Numbered from the whole stretch's first letter, positions 15,101 to 28,570 are shown. The stretch is DNA of 62,230 nt, filler included, from Choristocarpus tenellus KU-1152 (GCA_964200185.2; 7 parts of 7 records of this genome joined end to end with filler, not necessarily neighbours in it); one strand, 5' to 3'. Notes: a model not told the origin generated them from the letters alone. Made by a program: numbers and translations.

Positions 15101-18100
15101 TACCAAAATTTGCCCAAAAAAATATTACTATTTATTACTATTTGCTTCACTACCATTTTTTGTCATTCGTCTTTTAGGTGTTTATTGATGATCACACCAT
15201 TCACCACACAATTCCAACAGCTAAGACATTGAACAAATTTATTGTAGAGCTAGAAAGGTGGTTGTAGGGGAGACTGTTGACTGTTTTTCCTTGTGAGACT
15301 GAATGATGGAGGCAGAAACCAATGTGTTGAGGGTTGAGAAAAGGGGGATTGATGATGAAGAAGAGATTACCTCTTCATTGGAGGATGAGTCCTCAGTTAC
15401 AGTGCAGGCTACAACAGCTGGCAACCAGGCGGAGATAAATGTCAAGGATTGTTAAGCAGATATACACTTGTACTAGAGCTAAAAAAAAAAATGCACAAGG
15501 TCATGATCCAGCACTCTCACATTTTTGTCACCTTACCTATCTGTGTAGGTTGAACAACACACCATACTTCTCACCTACCCATACCACCACACACACACAC
15601 AAACACTTGCTACTATAGCTAATTCATGGTTCTATATTTGGAGTAATTATAAGTACAGACCCATAAATGCTCAAACAAAGAGAGAGAGAGAGAGAGAGAG
15701 TGCAACACATGGATTGACATCCTCCTTATGAGCAAATTGTTACCCAGACCAAAATTGTGGACCATTCATGGTATTTGCACAATCTCTTAGGTATGAAGGT
15801 GTGACATTACTTGACATGGCTCACACACTATCTTCAACAATGGAGGAAAGGTCATCAGCCAATGACAGAAGTAGGACAGCCAATCCCATCTAATCTCATC
15901 TCTAACAAGGTGAAAAGACAGCAAACCAGGGGGCATACTAGCACATGTCTTCCTAAAGACAACAATGGTCTTCCATCAGATAGTGCTTTGTAATGTAAAT
16001 ACAAAAGTCTCGTTGCACCAGGCAGAAATCTTACCTAGCATGCTAGAATTGGGACAACCCTGAGTTGGAGAGGAATGACAAAGTTGAAGGACCTGTTGGT
16101 ACAGGAGTACACATACTGATCTCAAGGTTTCAAATTGCGCATGATCATCATGACTTAACTCCCAAGAGGTACGCATTAATGTAGTTTATGGAGGATGTGA
16201 TCTAGGTTGCAAACCTCACCAATATGACTAATGGGGGACTTAAAAAAACTATATGTTAGCTTGGTTTGTAGGTCTGGTGTATGCACACAACACACAGGGC
16301 CCTTCAGATTGGAATTTTGGAACGCATACCAAAAGATATTTGTAAGGGAAAACCTGTGTGGCAGTAGGCAATCTAATGACTTTTCATGATGTAGCAGCTA
16401 TGTGCTGTAAGTTGTCTCTACATTACTGCACTGCAGAAGGCTAATACTGGTGTGCACAAGATTAGGTGCGTGAAATGCTGTTGTAAGGTTTGTTTGGTAT
16501 AGATAAGGTTGACAGAGCACTTAGTATGTTGTAATTTGTAGCCTCGATTCATTCCTCTTTGGTGTATGGTATATATACCATGCTCCTGGCCCAGCACAGG
16601 GGGGTGGGATGTGGTCCAATCCAATTTGTGGAGCCCCTTGACAAACCTCCATAGGTCACCGATAGGTCATAGTTACATAAATATCACCTTCAACCCCCAA
16701 AGATATTTTACATGTCCAACACATACACCACCACAGATAATTGATATGTCTCATCCATCCAATCAGCAACTACGATAGAATGCTTCCCTCACCAAACCAT
16801 CGATGCCATGCATTTAATACAGGGATACACGAACCCACCTCTAAAAAAGAGGACAATACCAGTCAAGCTAACACATTCCTCACCCATGTATGGTTCTCCG
16901 TAGTTGCAAGTTTTATTGCACAGAATCACATGCATGCTCTGAGCACAAAGATGAATTTCTTGCTCCTATAAACTCTCTACTAAAACCACAACACTCTAAG
17001 CCCATCTGCATGTCTACCTCTTGCACTACTGACATTCTTCCCACAAGGTCAGCTAGTGGTAGAAACCTACTGAAAATAATACTAGAAGTAACAACAATAC
17101 TAACCACCCTGCCATCCTCATCAGTAAGTCCAAAAAACACATACATGCAAGTGGCATCTGAGTATAGACAAGTACCAGTATACATCCAAAATTGTATACC
17201 TCCTGACACTGTGTACAGGGAATGAAAATCCTTGAGAGTTCCTTCTTTATGTTGCAACATGTCAAGGTAGTTTCTCTCAAACTTGATTTCTAAATGCCAG
17301 AAATTGACTGCCTCCTTTCACAAAGAAGTTGTAAAACCAGAAAGCAACAAATTACAGCATATGCCTACACAAAATTCTATACACAATATATAGATGCAAT
17401 GACCAAGGACTATCCATTACAATATTTTTTCAAATTACCCCAAACTTGGATCAGTGACCTACCCAAGTTAATGTTCCTTAGCATACAGTACAGCCCCCAA
17501 GAAACACAACACTAACATCCAGATCTCTCACCATTACTCAGGGGCACAGCATTTTCCCACGTGCCCTCCAACCCATTTGAAGATGTCCAAGAGCTTTTCC
17601 AAACCTTGAGAATATCTCTCTGACACATTCAGAATAGCAACAAAGATACCAGCAAAGAACCAGCGTATTGTCAACCTCTCACAAAGCCTCCCCCCAAATG
17701 AAATTAAACGGGCTTGAACAAGCTATATAGTATTCAAGTTCACTGTTTTTCTTGCTACTTGTTCTTGTCATTACAAACCAACCAGAAAAAATAGCCATTC
17801 ATGAACTTAGCTACTCAAAAGAAGATGCCAAAAAAATGTAAAATAGGATAGTATAATGGAAATCTTCAAGGCTGCAACTCCAACCCTGCAAACCTGCGCA
17901 TCATGTTTGCCAAGGTCTGCCTCAAAGAGCAATACAGGAGTCTTCCGCCACCGGCTACCTGATCATCAAGATCAGAAAGGGCAGTGGTAAGGTGCAGGTA
18001 TATACTTTAGGTGTGTGACCTTTGACAGATAACACACAATTATTCATGACAAAATAACACAGTCAATGATTCTGTTAATCGTTGTGGCTTTGTGTGCCAG

Positions 18101-21100
18101 CAGGAAACATACTTCAACAGCCCATGAAAAAGGTCATCACACATCTTTCTACTACAATTATTTCACCCCAAGTTTAAGAGATCACTTTGTTTTGGTTGCT
18201 TTGAAGTGAGCTCAACGAAGTGAGTTCATAAATCATTATGGTTATGTTTACCCCTCCAGATCTAAAAATATAGCATGTGATCCTGCAGGACAGCACATTT
18301 CTAACACAGCCTGTCAAAGCACAAGCATCATACTATACCTTGTACAGTTGTACAGGATCTGATTCACAGATGCAACAAAGCTGAACAACTACTTCTGTAT
18401 CATGTTGAAAATGAAAAATAGTTTGAAGATTAAGAGCAAAATGTACCGTGTACCACAATCTATTTTGCCTTTAACTCTTTATTGTGGCATAATGTGTTTC
18501 AGCTTACTTGTGGTCCTCCCATTCCATGGTTCTTAGTATCAGATGCAGGGCAATATTTTGCATGTGCTTTCCACACACAGCAAATATCTCGCGAAGGTTC
18601 CAATCCCATATGAACCCTAACCCTCAAATCTGACAAACTACATGTCCTGAAATAACAAAATGCAATATCTTAAAGCAGTCAGAAAAAAATGCGTACACAT
18701 AACACATTTACGTTTCCTGCCATCCGAATCTTCCAATGTGTTCACAACCTCACCCTGTTGCTCATATTACACTGACCAATCGTACATGAGAACCACTTCA
18801 GCACCTGTGCTAAATATTGATCACAATAACCCAACCACATCAAGTATGCAGTCTGGGTGCAAAACTGAACTAAGTTGAGTCCATTAACAAATACATGTAA
18901 ATATCAGCCAGGCTTTGTCATTATTTGGTAAAAATGGGAATGACCAACCATGTTGACTCTTTTGAGGAGTCTACATCACAGCCTTACCCTCTTCTTGTCT
19001 AATTCGCACAACCTTCGAGGTTAACAACTGCAATGGTTGGATCCCTAGATCTTGAAATAATTGTAGACAATAAGACAGACAATACACAGTTGTTTTGGTG
19101 CTGATGGTATTCTACTCTCCAACTCTACCAAGAGATGATCACCTTTCATACGTTCTATAAGATGTTCAAGTGAACCATATGCGATATCACTTGCAACATA
19201 TCTCTCCACTTTGTCAGGGTGCGCAGCCCACTTGCCCAGGTCTCCACCTTTTCCACAAGCCAAATCCAGCACACGAAGCCCTTTTTGCTCTGGTTCCTTG
19301 GATGCCTTGGATATAAGCTATCAACCCGCCAAATAAAATAAGAGACAGGGAAGGGGCATTGGAGGAAGGTTGGGAAGGTTTTGTTGGCCGCACTGGTGCA
19401 GGAAATGCTCATCCTTACACATAACCTGGTGAAGCACATTACAGGTAACGTCTATGGGCAAAGAGAATGCTTGCAACACAGACATTACTCAAAATGTATC
19501 AACACTATCTTCAAAGCACATACCGTGGCCTTGACCCAGTTGTTGAACCTCTTAAGGTGATAGATGAGACTTTGTGCCTGCTCTGATGCTGCTCGAAGTT
19601 CTTCACCGTACTTGGATGCTGCCTCTGCCTAGGCCATTGCAGCAAGAGTCGGTCAGAATCAATTTGAAGCCATTTGATCTTATCTACTTGTGGTAGTACC
19701 AGCTATGAAAGGAAAAGCTGAATCAGCACTGCACCAATGTGTCCAAAAACTCTGACTGCCCTTCACCCACCTGTGCAGACCCCACACCCACACCATCAGG
19801 GAGCACAGGTCGTAAACTTCCGACTTGCCCCAGGACACTATTCATCCCTCGCAACGACTCAGGTAGCCCATCCCCATCCCCGACAAAGTCTTGTTCTGGT
19901 AAGGGTGGTACCCGTCCAGTAGGTAACGGATGGGCAAGTCCTCGGTATGGGTCCAGATCATCAGCACTATAAGCAAATCCTATCAATATCCAGCAAGATA
20001 GGCAGGGTTACAAATGTTATGGTAGTCAGGCTACATTATTATCACAAAAAAATCATAGGAAGCATCACTGACGATTTCTAGTGCATTCCAAACGTGTCGC
20101 TTACGTTATACAAGGTTATCTGCAACAATTTATAACCAACGAATCAGGAAGAGGATTCCTGAAGAGCAACATCAAAACACTGGTCCTCACACCTGGATCA
20201 TATTCAACCTTTCCGACATTGTTGCCAGTGAGATGAGGCAAACCCTGTGTGATATCTCCTGAAGACCATGGCCCTTGCAGCATTTTCTCAATTGGAAGCT
20301 TTCTTGAGTCTACCAGTGGTCGATTTTGGCTTTCCTTACGTTCTGAGGACATTTAAACAGATATCAAAGGATAATTGGCTTTTATAAAGGGATTTCTCGG
20401 GCTCTTTCCCTCTAACCAACCAATAATGAGCATCCAGTCGAGCAAGGTCAATTGAAACCTTGTCCTTGGAGTCGAGCTGTTAAGATCAAACTTCAACTTA
20501 TGGACCTATGCATCATGGTCATAAACCTTTGGTATTCTCGAACTTCTCTCCCTGATATTCTCTTCTTTTTACAGAACAGACCTTCTTACATCTATTAATG
20601 ATATTCATATCCGCCTTGTACTCACGTTTCTCTTCGGTACCCTGTTGATGATGGTAGTGGCAGTAGAATTTTGTTTCGAACTGGTGCGGGACTAAATAAC
20701 CCACCCATCCGCGCCTGTTCAGCACAACCACCGCCGCCTCCACGATTTCCACCCCATAGATCGAAAGTACGATAGGGTTAGATCTGTTTTGTGTACATCA
20801 ACTTATCCGGTTGCCACAACTCTCGCCAAGACAAGATATCTTTGGTCTGGGAAAGGGAGGGTATGGTTAGAAAGGTTATTACATGGTGCAACAAACAGGT
20901 TATAGCGCATATCCACAACTTCTCACCTCCTTTTTCCTACGAAGACGTTCCAAGAAGGGATTTACAGCGCGCTGATTCGCTCCCTGGGTCAGAGTAAGCC
21001 TGAATTTCTTGAGAACTACCACTCGACTCTGAGGGGTGTAAGCATGGGACTTGACGTATAATGTCTTGGTAATGCCATGCTGGACCCCCACAGAATCGTC

Positions 21101-21187
21101 GCTCCAAGTCGAAAGAGTGCATAGTTCGGAGGGTTTATTGGTAGGATCTTCTACCACCAACGAGTGCTTCTGGATGGGACGAGCCAT
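6164..21187 (-). CDS. RNMT: mRNA cap guanine-N7 methyltransferase (RNMT/Abd1 family) with long N- and C-terminal extensions, many exons
   Basis: Exons in order: SLIYHLKRFNNWVKAT (~19630-19525), LRVLDLACGKGGDLGKW...YVASDIA (~19318-19143), LFEADLG (~17957-17895), FDVVSMQFALHY...LRHNGIFVATTMDS (~14125-13941), GPFGLEYTFAL...AVDDVPEWMLP (~12484-12371), LAAENNLELETAQNFHEFY (~11830-11760), EWRIAG|MYMALIFRK (~11480-11194). The extreme 5' (ATG 21187) and 3' (~6164-6345) exons are less certain. Confidence 0.93.
15976..16620 (-). mobile_element. Highly decayed Ty3/Gypsy pol remnant in an RNMT intron
   Basis: VCVLLYQQVLQLCHSSPTQGCP resembles the integrase zinc-binding helix (VLxxxHxxPxxGHxG). Many stops and frameshifts. 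Confidence 0.35.
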
Positions 21188-21509
21188 GAGTGTGGGGTGT
21201 TGAAAATGGGTTGAGTTCGTAAAGCAGAGGAAGGCCTTCCACGTAACCGAAAAATTGGATTGAAGGATCCACAATAAAATGGACCAGTAAACTACAAACT
21301 ATAGTAGTAGTACCGAATTCGGGTGTCGTAAGATCGTAGTACAGTAGACCAAACGCACCACCAAGGCATAAAGATTGGAGGCCATGCAGAGATTAAGAAA
21401 GCTTTGAGTCTCCACAGTCGAAACAGGAGCTCTCTGTTTCCACACGAAGCACAATTTACATCTAGTTTTCGGGTCGCAGTCACGGGTGGCAACCTGGTTG
21501 GTCCAACCA

Positions 21510-23721
21510 ATGGCCTCAGATAGTATGGTGCCTGAGGGGCAGTACACATCGATTGTGTACACTGCCATACAAGAAGGCCGCTTCACCGATGCTGTGCAGG
21601 TTCTTACGTTCGAACTTGGGGTGAGTCTGCTTTACAAAGCTTTTTAAGGTGATCAATCACCTTGACGAGCCTGATGTACTGGTACATTAAAACCATCGAC
21701 ACAACAACTTAAGCATGATGCAACCACTAATATCTTCATATTTTCAGCATCATAAGGTGAATATGGTTCAAAATGATGCGGACATCTTTTCTTTTTGCCC
21801 ATTGCTAAACACGATACTCCGTTGGTCAATTTGTAGCGCCTGGCTGATGGAGGGTAGGTCAGAAATTTCACTTGATTTGTACCTAGTCACTTTATTCCAC
21901 TTTTGATAGTGCTCAATCCTACATCTTCTAACGCTGACAGGATGATGTTCAGGTGATACGTCTTCGTTGACCTCTACATAACTCTTCCCTTACTTGCTGC
22001 GTAGAATTTCCCACGTAGTAGGGCTGCTTTGTCCCTGCTCAGCTATTGCTACTACCAGATGCAAGATTTCAATGCAGCAGCTTCAATGTACGAACAGTTA
22101 GTAAAAGTTTGCCCAGGAGTGGAAGAGTACCAGGTAAGCTAATGTGTTCATTGTACAAGACAATTGTTCAAGTAGATATCAAGTGCATGGTAACAACCCT
22201 ACAACCATGGCCACACTTTCAATTACTAAAGCTCTAGTTCTCATCTTGCAAGGGAAATTGTGCTCTAAGGAAAAAAGCTGAATTCCTGTCTGTCACCACA
22301 GGTGTACCTTGCTCAATCTCTGTACAAAGCAGCAATGTACCCTGAGGCTACCCGGGCGGCTGTTCGTGTTGATAGCTCGCAGTACCAGCAAAGGGTGTTG
22401 GCACTTCAGGTTTATTTTTCATTTTTGTGTATTATTGGTGTGTCACTAGGACTTGGTTTTGACAGGATGGCAATTGATGCATAATACACTTTCCTGTCAG
22501 GTATGTCAGTCTTATCATGCTCACAATTTCGAATGTCAGTATGCGTAATGGGACATTGAAACAAGCACAAAGCCCCAAACCCAGTGTATGCAACCACTTA
22601 CCGCAGAATACCTCTCCCAACCATCTATATGCTCAAGAGTGCAATCAAATATGAGCAGGATGATCTTCCTGCATGCAAGAGTCTCATCGATCAATGCCTT
22701 AGTGATGATCCAGACACCATTATCAGCTATGCATCAATTGCTTTCAAAGAAGGAGGTGAGCTCATAATGCTTTGTCAGGTCAAGCATTTCAGGGGGGGTG
22801 TAGAGGTGGCAAAGGCTGAGTGTATCTCAATGTCATTTTATATTTCGATTTTTTTCAAGAACATCCATGACAGTTTCACTATGAAGAAACTTCTTCAAAC
22901 AGCATCTTCATGCATACCATCAACCAGCAAACTACTCTGTCTGTAACTTGCATTACTCGCAGTGTCTATTAATCATGTTCTTTGATTTTCTGTTTAATTC
23001 ACCTGATAAGCAGTTTTTTTCAAGTGTTTTGCTGGCCAACAATTTGGGCATCTCTTTGCTCCCCCTAGTTCCACAGTTTAACATCAAAACCTTCCCATGC
23101 CAGTCTCAGTTTAGCTTATGCATGGGACATATTTTGTTTGCAGTTTCGTCAGGAACATAGATGCTACTCCAGATATTTTCTCATCTCTACTACACTCACA
23201 TCAGCTATCAGTATATAATAATCTTGGCTTCCAAGCTCACCCAATAATCCATTTGATGTTTTGTAAATGCTGCAGACTACGAAGATGCACACCAGAAATA
23301 TATGGATGCCATGAATACTCTTGGGTACCAGGCAGATCTTGCCTACAACATTGCTTTGTGCTACTACAAGGAGAATGAGTTTGCACCTGCTCTCAAGCAT
23401 ATCGGTGGGTATATGCAGTACATACTTGAAGACTGAACTTCAAATATCTTTGTTATCTACTTTAAGAACCTTGGACTCCCAGTGACTGGATTGAGTACCT
23501 GCAAGCATCTATTCCACTTCTGGAAACCTGGCATGTTTGAATTGTCTGTGGAGTTAACATTTCCTTCATTATGACCTTTATTTAGCCTGTACCCCATCCC
23601 CCTGCTTCCCAACCTAGACGAAATCATTGAAAGAGGAGAGAGAGAGCACCCAGAACTGGCCATAGGCACAAACAATGATGGGATAGAAGTCCGTTCTGTG
23701 GGAAATTCTCAAGTGTTGCAG
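21510..23721 (+). CDS. IFT70: Intraflagellar transport protein IFT70/TTC30 (fleer/DYF-1), first six exons; truncated by contig end
   Basis: MASDSMVPEGQYTSIVYTAI (21510-21620); NFPRSRAALSLLSYCYYQMQDF...YEQL; VYLAQSLYKA; SAIKYEQDDL; LGYQADLAYNIALCYY; EIIERGEREHPELAIG...EVRSVGNS. These are hallmark TTC30 motifs. Confidence 0.95.
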
Positions 23722-24113
23722 GTATCCCAGTAATATGTTGCGACACCAAATTGATGTTACCCATGACAATTGCATCCAGACCATATTATGTTGCATGTGA
23801 GAAGCTTGGAGTTGAGAGAACATCCAGAACAGCCAAAACATAGTTCATGAAGTGTTGGTAGCGGATATGTAGGAGCCCTGAATATAGTATCAATAGTGTT
23901 TTATGACTGGGTAGGGTCAAACACAACATCACATGCACCCCTGCTCCTAGAAGAGGGGTGTCCTGTTTCTCCTTGAAGCAGTGTTGCTTAGGAACGATAG
24001 CAAATGGAGGTATCTCAGATCCACCATTAGGATGATTTGATAACAGATTAGTCTTGGGAGGCCCAAATCGTTAAGAACAGAGTTGATCCACCCTCTGTGT
24101 TGTGATATGATAC

Positions 24114-24213
24114 NNNNNNNNNNNNNNNNNNNNNNNNNNNNNNNNNNNNNNNNNNNNTTAATTAATTAANNNNNNNNNNNNNNNNNNNNNNNNNNNNNNN
24201 NNNNNNNNNNNNN
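24114..24213. other. Artificial contig linker (N44-TTAATTAATTAA-N44)
   Basis: Identical 100-bp spacer carrying stops in all six frames, repeated six times in the window. Confidence 0.99.
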
Positions 24214-27200
24214 CAATACGGGTGTATCCTGACGACCCTTCCAAGCGGGTAAGCAGGGCGCACTTCCTCTGATTGCTCAGAGAGGACAGACCCAACATCA
24301 GGGTGAGGGTAGGAGGCGAGTTTATGAAATGTGACATATGCATGTTTGCGGCACGGTGCGCCTGGTGTAAAACCCACGAACGACTCCACCGTCCTCGAGT
24401 CCATCGATAAGGACCTGTCAGACCATTGAGAGGTAGGTGTCCAGCGTTAATTTTGCAAAAAGGGTACAGTGACAACATGTCGCCATCATTGCCCTCCGTT
24501 TTCCAGAACATCTGTTTCCTTTTACGAATGAAGACTCCCACGCAGGTGCTTATGGCAGCAGCAGTAGCCTCACTCACCGCAAAACTTGTTATTAGCTGCC
24601 CAAACACCTTGTATGATAGACTGCTTCCTGGTCGTGTACAATGGGCTGCGGGAGGGACAGGTCATGTAGCGGTCTTCCGGCCCGGTACGTACGTACTTCC
24701 TACCATCCCGATATCACTGTGTTTGTCTTGAACGCAGCAGTAAAAAACACATCCCAATACAAACATCTATTGTTACCCACACTACATTTTTATTACTAAC
24801 CTGATACGTGTTAACAAGTGACAATTTTTTTTAAACTCTGAGCAGATTTATTTGATTCTTTCACATGATGTTGCTGTCCCCCATTCCCCAGATTATCCAA
24901 GCGGATCGGCTGGTCATCGCCAACAGCACCAGCAGCGCCATGCGGGCCAAAGCCGACGGCAAACCTCTCGTAGACGCCGCGAACCAGACAGCACACGCCC
25001 TCCCAGCACTTTACCCACCTACCCACGGCTGTGACAGGTAACCACACGCACACATAGTCCATCCGACAACAACTTTGCCACCGCACGCGGAACAAAATGG
25101 ACAACCATGTTTTATTCTACGAATTAGTGCAAAGTCCCAAGAAATAATCGCCAAAACAAACGCACATAATTCCACTACCTATTGAGCCAAAGTATCTTAG
25201 AGGGTAGAGCCACGTCCATTTGGGGGTCAAAATCCAATGTTGCGATTTCGATGTAATTTTGGTCATCGTGTTTGTTAAGAAGTGTCAATATCCTTGTTCC
25301 CGACACACCTTTTCACAACGTATATATTCTATTTACTCCAAAATTATTTTGGAGTGGGAAAATGTCATAAAAACCCTGAGGGAAGTCAAGCCCCAAATGG
25401 ACAAACAGGGCAAAACTCGTACCCTCTAAGATACCTTTACTCATTACGTTCATCATGATGACCTTGCTTTACAAGTTCCATTAGTTCATATCCCACTTAT
25501 CAGGGGCTACTCCGAGCACCAGAAGATCATGGCCGCACAGGTCGAAGGCCAGTTCGTGGAGGTGTTCTTCACTCCTATCAATCTTGGAGAAGGTACGTAT
25601 TGTGGGTCGTGGCGAACAATCACATGACTGAATACATGCTGGTTGTGCACGCACTACTTGATTACCGTCGTGGCGAGTGGACCTGCCGTAGGGTAAATCC
25701 GTAAGGACGAGTACATCCTTACACAATGTGCCTACAGATACCGCAGGCCTAGTGAACAGTCGATTAACTGATGATGCGCTGTGCTCCCCTGCCCTCCTAC
25801 GCCTCAGCTTAGGGTTAGGGCGAGGGGAGCGTAAGAGCTAATCAATGGGTGGTGGAGATCACAGACGTGTACATCAGCCGTATGTATGTATGTGCTCTAC
25901 ATTGCATAAACAAATTACATTACCCCTCTTTTTAGCTCCAAATCAACAATGCGTAAGTAAGCAGAGTACGTTTTGCCAACAGTTGTTGGACATCATTGTT
26001 CGCGCAGGTTGTAACCTTGTCTGCACAGCCACCCACCTTGCCCTCACAAGGCTTATTGACAAGTACCACAAAAGCCTCCATCACGCTGGGAATTGCATCA
26101 TCCAGCACGCCCATTGGCAGGTAAGAAGGTTTCATCTTGACACGACCTACTCAACACATACTCGCTGAATACCAGTCACCAAGTAACTAACTGCACGGTC
26201 TTTAGTTTGGTTTGTGTGTTGCAACCTGCATGTATGATGGCGGTGATGTAGAGATTGCGCTCTAGTAATACTGGAAACCTACCCTGTTCCTCCACGAAAC
26301 GCGGCAAATTGGGCTGACATATCGGCCTCACGCCTATCCCTCCATCGCTCCCAACTCCCCAAACTGGCCAGGTCGACAAATGCGTCTCAGAGAACAAGAA
26401 CAATTTCTTTCTCGGATATGCGGGGCTGTTGGTCATGGCGAGTCTCATTCGTGTGGTTGAGATACATTTTATGATGGTGGGGCACACCACATCAAAATCG
26501 ATCAGATCTTCTCCAGGTAATTAGGCAAGATATGCAAGTTCGATAGCCACATAGTGTTTTTATACGGACAGATACTGCCTTGAGGCTTGCAGCTCACGCT
26601 TGTTGCATCCATGGGAGGTTTATGGTCGTACGCTGTAATTGATCGATTGACTTTTGATTTCCCCACAACAAAATGATAAGAGCAGCTGCCAAAACTGTTT
26701 CGTAACATACTCTCGAAACAAAAAAATAAATAAATGTACGCATCACCCATTTTTATATCTATACTTCCATATACATGCATCAGAGCATGTACTTGCATAT
26801 ATATCTTGCTTCTCCACTTCGCTTCTTTCGCCCACACCTCAAAATTAATTTGCTTGCATTTCACCTTCAGGTTCTCATGTGATATAAAAGGCAAGAACAT
26901 ATTCACAAGAACACAGCTGGGTGAAGACCTGCAGGTCTCTTACACGGAGGTTCCAGTATACTACAAAACCCTGCGGAACGAGGGCAACTTCAAGGGACTC
27001 CTTCGCGGTCGCGTCAACCATGTCCCCAACATCACGAGCTTCAGGGCTTTTCGCGTTGAAAAAGGCAGTGATGGGCGGGTGAAGATTAGCGTAAAGCGAT
27101 ACATGCGCAGCACCGAATGGAGTGGGATAGGCAGAGACCTTGCTATGGACCCCAACACCCCTCCGCAAGACCTCTTCATCGGCCACCCGCCTCGTATCCA

Positions 27201-27295
27201 AGATGCATCACCCTACCAGCTCAAGAGCGTTCCCAAAGACGTCATCCTGAAGGTGGAGCAGCGGTACCAGGCGTCGCACGAGCGCCTCCCTGCTG
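24214..27295 (+). pseudogene. Decayed intron-containing DUF7869-type (Sola-like DDD) putative transposase
   Basis: Exons: EFMKCDIC (~24214-24431, in-frame TGA), LVDAANQTAHALP (24892-25036), QKIMAAQVEG...INLGEG (25504-25592), CNLVCT...HWQ (26008-26119), VDKCVSENKNNFFLGY...FMMVGHT/IKIDQIFS (26372-26516, 1-nt deletion at GHTH), and FSCDIKGKNIFT...ITSFRAFRVEK (26871-27295). Confidence 0.72.
25184..25442 (+). mobile_element. MITE family 1, full ~259-bp copy inside a transposase intron
   Basis: TIRs GAGCCAAAGTATCTTAGAGGGTA ... TACCCTCTAAGATACCTTTACTC, with subterminal GTCCATTTGGGG/CCCCAAATGGAC. Homologous to the copies at 41158, 41448 and 54488. Confidence 0.9.
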
Positions 27296-27395
27296 NNNNN
27301 NNNNNNNNNNNNNNNNNNNNNNNNNNNNNNNNNNNNNNNTTAATTAATTAANNNNNNNNNNNNNNNNNNNNNNNNNNNNNNNNNNNNNNNNNNNN
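27296..27395. other. Artificial contig linker
   Basis: N44-TTAATTAATTAA-N44. Confidence 0.99.
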
Positions 27396-28034
27396 GCGCT
27401 AGTCGCGCGCGACCGGAAAAGGTGTACCTTTCAAAAGTTTATCTTTTTTTTTCTAAAAATGCCCCCCCCCCCCCTTCCCCCCCCCCCCTCCCCCTCTTCC
27501 TCGGCATCTTTTTCCATGACGCACGAGCCTGAGACTGAGCGCACACGCCTCCCCCTACGGCAGGAAAGAGTTAATACGCAAACATGTAAGTTAGGTTACC
27601 TTACCTTCACCACACTTCACACTTCCCCACTGCACTTCTTCCTCGATTCAAAAAGAAATGTCCACTACAAGAAAGGTCCACTACAAAAAAATAAACAAAA
27701 CGTACAACCGCATCCACAACACAAGATAACACACACACACACCTCCTAGTTCAGGGGCATGCATGCAGAGTGGATGATAAGTCCCATCTGTATTTGAATA
27801 TATACTGCTGCATTCGAATTGAGATAACAAAGCACTCACTCGTTAATGCTTCCGTGTCAGTGTCACCGCCACACAACATTTTCAAACCCTTTCGTCCCAG
27901 AACCTCCCCCCACCCGGTCACAAATATCCTTCTCCTCGGCTAAACCAACTAACTGCCTGCCGAGGCTCGTATTATTTTATTTATCACAAGAAAAAAAATG
28001 CTCACAAACGCCTTCTTGGCCCCCCGTGTACTAA

Positions 28035-28062
28035 GGTTAGGGTTAGGGTTAGGGTTAGGGTT
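28035..28062 (+). repeat. Interstitial telomeric tract (TTAGGG)4
   Basis: GG(TTAGGG)4TT. Confidence 0.95.
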
Positions 28063-28528
28063 GTCCCTCTACGAGAAGCTGCGTGCTCATCCTCCCAACC
28101 ACGTAAAGTGCCTCTAGGTTGGCTCCAATCACTACTGTGCATCTTTAACCATCTAACCAAAGAGATCAACTCAAGCCAATTCATCGCATACAAGCAGAGC
28201 AGCAGAGACAAGACACGCCTTAGTAGGCCACCACACACTCCCAACTTGATAAGCAGGGTCCGTGGTGGGAAGGGGTAATTGCGGCCTCTGGAGATCTCTC
28301 TCAGGCTCTAATGTATGGTGCCACCTTTCACCCCCAATGTGGCCTTAGGCGTCACTCTATACCTCCGCTTTGAATCAATGCAATTCTCAATTGACTGTTT
28401 GTATCACTCTATACCTCGTCACACGCACAATACAAACTCAGAGCGAAAATCTGACGACACAGAGCAGACAAATTTTCCGGATCCATTTTAAGCCCCCTGA
28501 AAGTGCAACGGCAGAGCACCTCAACTGA

Positions 28529-28570
28529 AACCCTAACCCTAACCCTAACCCTAACCCTAACCCTAACCCT
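28529..28570 (-). repeat. Interstitial telomeric tract (CCCTAA)6 flanked by a 9-bp direct repeat
   Basis: CCTCAACTG at 28519-28527 and again at 28568-28576. Confidence 0.95.

Noticed and set aside
24268-24272. In-frame TGA codons as selenocysteine or an alternative genetic code
   Set aside because: They occur only in transposon-derived frames that also carry frameshifts. Host genes use TGA and TAA as normal stops.
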